Assembly (NCBI GenBank): GCA_963729625.1
Contig: CAVSOU010000012.1
Location: forward strand, 1 to 29,581
Direction: 5' to 3'
DNA from: an uncultured bacterium
GTDB taxonomy: Bacteria > Chloroflexota > UBA5177 > JANWHV01
Length of the DNA: 29,581 nt
Under the pieces are notes generated by a model. The model saw only the letters and a list, made by a program, of their open reading frames with translations, did no database searches and was not told the DNA's origin. A program made the position numbers and the translations under genes. This document shows, piece by piece, positions 18,428 to 26,000 of this stretch. Numbering within the stretch: position 1 is the stretch's first letter; every line of letters starts with the position of its first letter.

Positions 18428-19396
18428 ATGAACGACGTGAGAAGGTTGCTGCGCAGCGCGGTGCTCCTCGTGCTTGCGGCGGCCGTTCTGGCAGCGCTTC
18501 TGTGGTACGGCGACGCCGGTCGCGTCGCCGACACCGTTGCGAAGTTTCGCCCATCATATCTGTTCGCGTTCATGCTCGTGCTTCTGGCACAGGAAGTTGT
18601 ACGCCTGTTGCTCTGGAACATGCTCCTTCGTGCGCTTGCCATGCGCATACCTCTGTCGACGCAAGTCTTCTCATTCGCCGCTGCTGAATCCGTAAAGGCG
18701 GCGCCTGCCGGCGTGTATCTGCAGAACTACCTGGTACAGCGGCTGAGCGGGGGCGAGGTGGGGCGCTCGTCTGCGGCGACGACCGCGATGATTCTTGGGG
18801 AAATCATCGCCGCATTGATCGGCGTCATCGTGCTCGGAGTGGGCACGTTGGGCACCTGGATCCGACTGATCATCATTGTCGGCGCCGTCGTCGCGGCCCT
18901 CGCGCTGGCGATGTCTCTGTTGGCGCCGTACGCGGCACGCCTGCCGATGCGCTTCATCCGGCAGAGACTGATGTCCAGGATACTCGACGAGCTGCAGCGA
19001 TTTCGGGCGGGAATTGCCGTTCTCGTGCGTCCCAAGGTGGTTATCGCGACGCTGTTCCTCAGCGGGCTCTGTATTGTCTTCGCAGGCCTGGGTCTGTATG
19101 TCGTCGTTCACGCGCTCGGAATAGGAGGCGTTACATTCAGGCAGACCCTGGTCGTAACCTGCTTCGGCCTCGCCTTCTACGTCATTCTCGGCTCTCTGGA
19201 AGCCGCTGGTGTTGCCGCCTTCGTGGCGAGCGGCGCTGACAAGAGCGCGGCTGTCAGTGCGATTCTCGTGAATCGGGCGCTGGGCGTTGTCGGAGTGATG
19301 CTTCTGTCATTGCTCGTCATGGCCCTGCTGCCCGACGAATGGCGAAACTTGCTCAGGTTCCGGTTAGCCCGGCGGACGGCTCGGCCGGCGGAGTAA
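18428..19396 (+). CDS. UPF0104 / lysylphosphatidylglycerol synthase TM (flippase-like) membrane protein
   Basis: 322 aa with ~8 TM helices. The pattern R..LW..LLRAL, PAG, GSLEAAGV and AILVNR matches the family layout. Confidence 0.75.
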   Translation: MNDVRRLLRSAVLLVLAAAVLAALLWYGDAGRVADTVAKFRPSYLFAFMLVLLAQEVVRLLLWNMLLRALAMRIPLSTQVFSFAAAESVKAAPAGVYLQNYLVQRLSGGEVGRSSAATTAMILGEIIAALIGVIVLGVGTLGTWIRLIIIVGAVVAALALAMSLLAPYAARLPMRFIRQRLMSRILDELQRFRAGIAVLVRPKVVIATLFLSGLCIVFAGLGLYVVVHALGIGGVTFRQTLVVTCFGLAFYVILGSLEAAGVAAFVASGADKSAAVSAILVNRALGVVGVMLLSLLVMALLPDEWRNLLRFRLARRTARPAE

Positions 19397-19408
19397 GCAA
19401 CCCTTGAG

Positions 19409-20233
19409 CTAGTCGCTGACGCATTTCCAGATCAGCAGGCTCATAACCACTGGAATCAGGGCCAACAGGAGAAGGGGGACCTGGAGCATGAAACAGAGAC
19501 AGATCACGAACAAGCCCTGAACGCCGGCGCAGGCGGCAAGCCAATGGCGTTCCCCTTGGCCGACGAGGCCGACAAGCAATCGAGTGCGCCACGAGACCGG
19601 CGCTTCAAGCAGGGTGCTGGATTCCTGCTGCCAGCCCAGCTTCCGTTCGATGCGCTCAAGCCGTGCCCTGCGCTCCTCCTGAGCGCGTGCACCCGCGAAC
19701 AGGACTTTGCCGGCTTCGTTCACGGCTACCTCAAGCTGAGACGCGATGCGATCCAGCCCCACGAGCGCCACGGCGTCCGCGGTTGAGACGGGCGTGTACG
19801 CTCGCGCAAGCGCTCCGGTCGAGCCGGCGCACTCACGCTCGACGTTCGCGGTAACGCGTGCCCAGCACACTGTTGGCGAGTCGATCAGATAGCGCTCCTG
19901 TTCGGTTGGCTCGTCGAGCTGCACCAGATGCGTAAAGCGGCCGAGCTCCAGATGGTCGATCCCAGAAGTAGCCCCTTCCAGCAGGAATAGTACGGTCGGT
20001 TGCGGCAGTTGATCCCAAATGTTTGCGCTCGCCTCCACAAGCGCGTTAGCGGCCCAGATCTCGCGCTCAAGGAGCTCCGCGGCTGCTTGCTTCTGTTCCT
20101 GCCAATACATGGCGAGCGTCACACTCGTTTCGGGAATCGGGGCCTCGCCGTGTACCGCGCGCAGGAGATCCTCGCGAAACGCGCTGCTATCCCTTGTTCC
20201 TACCACGCACGATGTGAATCCAGGCTGTTCCAT
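19409..20233 (-). CDS. Hypothetical protein with coiled-coil and C-terminal membrane anchor
   Basis: ORF open from 20452; likely ATG at 20233 after GAGGA. Charged helix EERRARLERIERKL followed by a hydrophobic hairpin. Confidence 0.65.
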   Translation of the reverse strand: MEQPGFTSCVVGTRDSSAFREDLLRAVHGEAPIPETSVTLAMYWQEQKQAAAELLEREIWAANALVEASANIWDQLPQPTVLFLLEGATSGIDHLELGRFTHLVQLDEPTEQERYLIDSPTVCWARVTANVERECAGSTGALARAYTPVSTADAVALVGLDRIASQLEVAVNEAGKVLFAGARAQEERRARLERIERKLGWQQESSTLLEAPVSWRTRLLVGLVGQGERHWLAACAGVQGLFVICLCFMLQVPLLLLALIPVVMSLLIWKCVSD

Positions 20234-20514
20234 ACGATTCTTCCTCAGTCCCCCTCTCAAAGCGTTCTGGGAGGACGCCGAGAGGGCACCAGCGACATCG
20301 GCAGCGCCTTCGGCGCCGTGTTCCGCAGCCGCACTATGAGAGGCCATTAGCCGGGTGAGGGTGACAGGCGGTCTACTACTCCAGTGTCTCACAACCGGAA
20401 TCAACGCTACGTACGGTGCCGACTCTACGGTTAGTTTACACTGGTCCATCAATCAATACAGTAGATGCCGCGACTCGGCATATGGCGTCGCCGGGGTCGC
20501 TGCCGAGGCGGTCG

Positions 20515-20548
20515 GGTAAGAGGGACGCATCGCTGCGTCCCTCTTACC
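20515..20548. other. Perfect 15-bp inverted repeat (orphan terminator-like hairpin)
   Basis: GGTAAGAGGGACGCA (20515-20529), loop TCGC, TGCGTCCCTCTTACC (20534-20548). Confidence 0.8.
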
Positions 20549-20644
20549 TAGGAACTGGACGTGCCGCTCATCCCGGCACCCAACTCAAGCTCTTCGGGCA
20601 CCTCCCTGGTGAAGAGAGGCGCAGCATGTGGAGAACTGGGAGTA

Positions 20645-20740
20645 GGGAAAAACCAGTTCGCCGCGCAGTTGAACTACGTGCCGTTGCCTGAGTGGATGCA
20701 GATCGAGTCCAGGAATGCGCTTACCAAGGCGCAGGTGGGC
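20645..20740 (+). pseudogene. Possible C-terminal remnant of a PstS-like phosphate-binding protein
   Basis: Translates GKNQFAAQLNYVPLPEWMQIESRNALTKAQVG, resembling the PstS terminal motif GQx(F/Y)AxxLxYVPLP plus helix. No upstream body. Confidence 0.45.
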
Positions 20741-20848
20741 TGGCGCGGTGCAGCGCGTTGGAGTCGTATCCGCACACGGCCCTCACGGGTCGCAGACGTG
20801 GTCGACCGAGATCGGGGCAGCCGCGGAGCGCTATCTGGGAGGAATGCT

Positions 20849-21082
20849 ATGAAGGCAATCGTACACACGCGTTATGGACCACCGTGTCTGCTTCAGCTCC
20901 AGGACGTGAAGACTCCGGCTCCGAAGGACCATAAACGCCCTGATCGACGTGCGTGCCGCTTCGCTCAATCCTGGGGACTGGCACATTGTGCGCGGTGATC
21001 CATTCGTGGTGCGCCTGGCGGTCGGGGGCCTCCGCCGGCCACGATACCCGATTCTCGGGGCTGATGTCGCAGGGCGAATGCA
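20849..21082 (+). pseudogene. N-terminal fragment of an MDR-family NAD(P)-dependent alcohol dehydrogenase/quinone reductase
   Basis: RBS GGGAGG, then MKAIVHTRYGPPCLLQLQDVKTPAPKD; frameshift near 20935; then LIDVRAASLNPGDWHIVRGDPFVVRL...PILGADVAGR. Similarity stops after ~78 codons. Confidence 0.85.
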
Positions 21083-21256
21083 CGCCAGGTCACGCACGTG
21101 GCAGCTACATGGGCACAGCCGCCGCGGTGGTGGCGAGAAAACGCGACGACGGGCCCAGAGGAGGCGTGGCACTACGGAGCGTTGTCGGATGGCTTCCTGG
21201 TCGTCGAGGCACATTGCGAGGTCGGGAAATGGTTCCTCGACCGCATTCTGGATTGA
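21083..21256 (+). pseudogene. DUF6504-like / ImuB C-terminal-like small domain, 5'-truncated
   Basis: A frame absent from the ORF track reads RQVTHVAATWAQPPRWWRENATTGPEEAWHYGALSDGFLVVEAHCEVGKWFLDRILD*. The V..V...W....RWW ... WFL.RI.D pattern is characteristic. Confidence 0.55.
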
Positions 21257-21291
21257 GTGACCCGTCTGCCCGCTCGATGTGTCCCCAGCGC

Positions 21292-21693
21292 TCACACCAC
21301 ATCCCTCGTGCGGTCATAGGCGGCGACCGGCCAAGCGACTGTGTAGTCGTGCTGTTCCTTGGCTCGCTGGAGAAGCTGCTGCAGATGCGGGCTGCCAAGC
21401 ACCTTGAGTGTGAACGATCTATGGTCGCCTTGCCGGACGTTCTCCACCACGTAGACGTAGAACTCAGGGTTCTGCCTGGCTTCCTCAACCTGTCCGGCTT
21501 CAAGCCAAAGCTCGTACCCTCTCACGGTCGTGCCGTACGCCTTGACCTCAATGTGGCGCGGCGGACTGCGGATGTCAGCCGGCTCGCCACGATAGCGCAC
21601 ATCGACGGCCTGGCGACCAGCGGCGTGTTCACGCGCTATCACGCAGGCGATGGCGGCATTCTCGATCTCACTGTTGGTCGGGAGCTCACTCAT
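21292..21693 (-). CDS. Standalone DUF3883 (NO VEIN C-terminal-like) PD-(D/E)XK nuclease-domain protein
   Basis: IENAAIACVIARE...DV...ADIRS..RHIEVKA...L...Q..EA....FYVYVVENV. ATG at 21693 with RBS GGAGGG; 133 aa. Confidence 0.8.
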   Translation of the reverse strand: MSELPTNSEIENAAIACVIAREHAAGRQAVDVRYRGEPADIRSPPRHIEVKAYGTTVRGYELWLEAGQVEEARQNPEFYVYVVENVRQGDHRSFTLKVLGSPHLQQLLQRAKEQHDYTVAWPVAAYDRTRDVV

Positions 21694-22070
21694 GTTGGGC
21701 CCTCCACTGCCCTGGCTGAACAGCACACGTCTCCACCGCCGGAGTCAACGACAGCGCGAGCCTGCTCATGCCACCGCAGCGCCTCGGTGCTGACCTGCAC
21801 GACCATCGCAAGCGGATACCCAAGCAATGCGTACTGACATGCCTGAGCCGCCAACATTGCTGCCATGTTGGCTGGTGATTCACCTATGCCCTGAAACCGA
21901 CTCTGCGTTTGAAAGAGTATGTTTCGCCGCTCTTCATGGGTCAGCGGATCAGCGCTCTCACATTCGAGGGCCCGGCGCATGGCGAGGTTGCCGTCTGTCC
22001 AGCGCTCCCAGATCGGCAGCAGGTAGTCACAAACGCAAACGATCTGGCTGCTGCGATCTTCACACATCAC
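21690..22070 (-). CDS. Hypothetical helical protein, weakly Imm5 immunity-like, possibly 5'-damaged
   Basis: CDYLLPIWERW...MRRALE and Ala-rich helices. ATGA overlap with the nuclease start. No clear RBS. Confidence 0.45.
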   Translation of the reverse strand: MMCEDRSSQIVCVCDYLLPIWERWTDGNLAMRRALECESADPLTHEERRNILFQTQSRFQGIGESPANMAAMLAAQACQYALLGYPLAMVVQVSTEALRWHEQARAVVDSGGGDVCCSARAVEGPT

Positions 22071-22079
22071 TAGCGCACA

Positions 22080-22925
22080 TCAGCTTGACAGAAAGAACTG
22101 AAGCTCGGCGGACGCACCCGGAAGTATGTCACCATACTTGTCGACCGGCACGACAGCGCACCGATAGGTACCAGGCAGGAAGCCTGTCGGATTCAAGGAG
22201 TACCACGTCCCGCCGAGCACCAATTGCGTCAGTGATACTTTTGTCCCTGCAGTAAGCACCTGTTTCGCGCTTTGCCTGACCATGGAAACGTTCAGCACGT
22301 AGCCCGCAGCACCGGCGAAGCGCTGCCATGCAATGCTGACAGGCGTGGCAGATGGAAGAGTCGCGTTTGCAGCAGGCGACGTGATCGTAATGCTGGGGAA
22401 GCCGTGACCCCCCAGACTCGCCACGAGATCAGCCACTCCCGAACCGCTGCAGCAGCCGCTCTGTTCCACGCCGACGGAGATATCCTGCACGCCGTGCACG
22501 TCGAGGTTGATAGTCGTTTGGCTGGTCACCACGCCTTGAAAGATCTGCTTGACCCCGGTTACCGGATCGCTGATGTCCTGCACCGTGAGTTCCACAGCGG
22601 ACGAGGATCCTGCGTCGATATACATCGTGCCGGTCAGGCTCGCGTACCGGCCCCCGAGGTGAAACTCCAGTGCGCTGTCCACGGCGCGATTGTTGTGCGA
22701 CGTGAACTGTAGGCCATGATCGATGCTGAACCCTTGGAATCCTCCGGGCTTGCTCGGCGTCAACATGCTCACCGCAGTGGCATGCGTGAACGGCAAGGAC
22801 TCGAGAGCAAGCGCTTGCCCGGCATAGGCAGGCGCCGCGTGGCCTGGTGAGGGAGCCGTAGGGCCGAAAGCAAGACACGACAAAACCAGCAGCACGACGA
22901 GAGCACGCAGAAGAAACCGATTCAT
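22080..22925 (-). CDS. Secreted protein with NPCBM/NEW2-like beta-sandwich and C-terminal Ig/FN3-like domain
   Basis: Signal peptide MNRFLLRALVVLLVLSCLAFG...GHA. LEFHLGGRYASLTGTMYID...INLDVHGVQDISVGV is NPCBM-like; ITITSPAANATL...IAWQRFAGAAGY is Ig/FN3-like. ATG at 22925 after AAGGA. Confidence 0.75.
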   Translation of the reverse strand: MNRFLLRALVVLLVLSCLAFGPTAPSPGHAAPAYAGQALALESLPFTHATAVSMLTPSKPGGFQGFSIDHGLQFTSHNNRAVDSALEFHLGGRYASLTGTMYIDAGSSSAVELTVQDISDPVTGVKQIFQGVVTSQTTINLDVHGVQDISVGVEQSGCCSGSGVADLVASLGGHGFPSITITSPAANATLPSATPVSIAWQRFAGAAGYVLNVSMVRQSAKQVLTAGTKVSLTQLVLGGTWYSLNPTGFLPGTYRCAVVPVDKYGDILPGASAELQFFLSS

Positions 22926-23044
22926 ACGGCAGCATCCTTTCGTATTGGTCACATTCTCGCGACAAGCGTACCAACCGATTACGCTAACGCCCATCCCCCT
23001 TCTGGAGTAAGTCGCCGCTCACGAGAGACACTATGGTGAGAATG

Positions 23045-26000
23045 TCAGCCAATTTGGAAGCTAAAGCTCCCAGCCGCCGACGTCCCCTTGCTCGAGCAGC
23101 TTGCCGCCACCGTTCCGCCGCTACTCTTGCTCTGCATGTGCCACTTGCCCTGCTCGACGATAACACCAGCGGAATTCGCCGTAGCGCTATGGTCCGGGTA
23201 GCTAGTGGCTCCCTTGCCGCTGGCGTACAGGACGCTAATGCTGCACATTGCAGTCGGAGCCGCGTGGATCGTGACGGTGGGATAGGCGCCGTATGGAATT
23301 GGATTCGGAGACACCAGCACATTCACGGCGAAACCTGTGCCGGTGGCAAGCGTCGATGTCGCCGTGGCGATAGCCTGCACACCGTACGAGACTGCGCTTA
23401 CCGGGCCCTCGACGTCGTAGGCGAACGCGGTCTCCACACGCTGAATGATGACCGGATCGTGCACGAAAAGGCCCATCTCGCGGTTCTTGTCGAGCGACGT
23501 CGCACTGTAGTTCTCGCTCCCCAGATACATGGACGAGCCATCAGCAACGATTACCTTGGCGTGGATATACAGCGCCTTGTCCCTGACCACGGTGGGAATG
23601 ATAGTGGCGAGAGTACCGATGTTATCGTCGACAGTAGTGACGAGCCGGACTTTGACACCGCGGTGGACCGCCTGCCTGAGGTCCTGGCACACGGCCTGGT
23701 CATTCAATTCCTCCGCGTAGATGTCCAGGCTGCTCTTCGCTTGCGCAATGACACCCTCGATCTTCACTCGAGAATTTGTCGGGCTCAGCACCAGTGCACT
23801 ATCGGCGCCAGCGTATGTCTTGTGGTCCCAGTCGGCTGCGAACACGGCTTCTGCCTCGCGCGTCACAGTCGGGTCACTGTCGATCAGCGCGAACTCGCGA
23901 TTCCCCGTGAAGGCTGAGCTGGTCCAATTGGGCGTGCCGATCCATGCCTGGGCAGCATCGACCACCAGGAATTTCGCATGGGTGTACCTGAATGCTCTGC
24001 TTGTCCAGCGCACCTGCACGCCGTGCGCTGCCAGGGATCGGTAGACAGTCATCACCGCGGCCGAGCCGGTGCCGTAAGGGTGCTGCTCGAGGTTTATACG
24101 CACGGTCACGTGTCGCGACGCTGCAATCTCGAGCGCACTCAGGATGGGCTTCGACGATGCAAGGTAGATCTCGCCGTCGATCGTATGTTGCGCCGCGGTG
24201 ATGAAGGCGACCAGTGGGGTCACGCCATCGTCAGGCTCGACGAAGAGCTCCAGCTGTCCGGCGGCTCCCACCGGCTGAGCGAATGGAAGTGTAGCGCGCG
24301 GTGTGGTGCTGCTGCTTGCCGCTGCGCCGCCGATAGAAACGAGCGCCATGATCCCGCACAGAAGCACAGGCGGCGCGAGGAGGAGCAGCCAGGTGCGCCC
24401 GCTTGGACCCTCTTTCGTGTGCTTCGCGACGCCCGAGTCGGCGCGGCGCAGCGCGAAATATGTCGCCGCAATGAACAGGACACTGAAGAGCCCGAGCGCA
24501 GCCCAGTACCCCAGCAGGTGTGCCTGATTCGGTTCGGCGTACATCTCCTTGGGCCAGCCCCCGGTGACGTCCGACCAAGTCGTGTTGTGCGCAGCGTCGA
24601 TCGCCTGCTGGTTTGCCGCGGCCGGCACCACGAGATCGTTGATCTTCACCGTACTGCCGAGGGCGGCAAGGCACCAGTGGCTAATCGTCAGGTAGGAGAG
24701 GATCTTGGTCCAGCCCGTCAAGTCGAACACCGCGCCGCTGAAGATCACCTGCGGGATCAGCACGATCGGCACGATCGTCATCGCCCGGTCAGTGGAGCGG
24801 ACCAGGCTAGAAATCAGCAGGCCGCCGAGCAGTCCAGCTCCGGCGCAAAGCCCCAAGCTCACCAACATCTCAAGCCACGCCGGCAGCAGGATGCCCTGGG
24901 CCGGCAAGTGCGGCGTCTTGAGCCTGACAATCCAGAACAGCGCGATCGCCTGCAAGATTCCCAGCACTGCCAGCACGCCCGCCTTGGACAGCACATATGG
25001 GAAGAGGCGCAGGTTGATTAGTCGCTCGCGCAGGTACACAGCGCGTTCCTTCACGATCTCGCGTGCGGCGTTCGTCATGCTGAACCAGAGCGTGGCCACG
25101 GCGAGCATCAAGAGGATCTGCTGAGTGTTGTTGATCTTGCTAGACGTGTACAGCTCCCGCGAGGCCACCAGCGTGAGGGCGCAGGCGACAATTGGTGTTT
25201 GGGCCAGGAGCAGTGCCAGGTTCACCCGGTCCAAGCGCACCAGCTCAGCGTAGCGCTCGCTGAGGATGCGCCACTGCCGCATAGCTGCCGATCGGATCTG
25301 GTGCAGATTGCGCTGGGGTGCGTGTGCCGGGTCCGGAAGCGCGGGCAGCGTCGTGGCCGCCTGGCGCTCCAGCACATTGGTGCGGTAAAAGGGCGAGGCG
25401 CGGAATCGCAGCTCTTCGCTGACAGACTTCCTGGCATCCGCCAGGAGGGTGTAAATGTCGGGGAAGCCACCGGTGCTGAAATAGGCCGGTGCCTCCGCGG
25501 GCGGGCCGTAGTAGACCAGTCGACCGTCGGCCAGAAAGGCGACCAGGTCGCACAGGCCAATGTTCTCGGTGGCGTGGGTCACGAGCACGATGGTCCGTCC
25601 CTGCTCGCAGAGGTCTCGCAGCAGGCGCATGACTGCTTTGTCCAGTCCTGGGTCCAGCCCAGAGGTTGGCTCGTCGAGGAAAAGGACGCTGGGGTTGGCC
25701 AGCAGTTCCACGGCGATGCTGACGCGCTTGCGCTGCCCGCCTGACAGCCGGCCAATCTGCTGGTTGCGCTGCGGCGTCATCTGCACTTCCGCGAGAACCG
25801 TCGCAATGCGACGCTCGCGTTCGGCCGGCGATGTGTCCGGTGGCAGCCGCAGTCGAGCAGCATAGTCGAGGGCCCGTCCGACCGTGAGTTCGCGGTGCAA
25901 GATGTCATCCTGCGGCACGTAGCCAACATGCCCGCCAAAGGCCGTCGCACCACGGTAGATGTCCTGGGCGTTGTAGGCGACCGCGCCCTCCTGCGGAGGC

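Noticed and set aside
20953-21837. 294-aa plus-strand ORF
   Set aside because: Spans remnants and is antisense to the DUF3883 gene; no coherent protein signal.
24380-24420. AAAGAGGG as the RBS of a separate PLD gene
   Set aside because: No ATG/GTG/TTG at usable spacing and no upstream stop; treated as coding sequence of the fusion.
23033-25021. 294-aa and 347-aa plus-strand ORFs within the fusion gene
   Set aside because: Antisense shadows of a strongly supported CDS.
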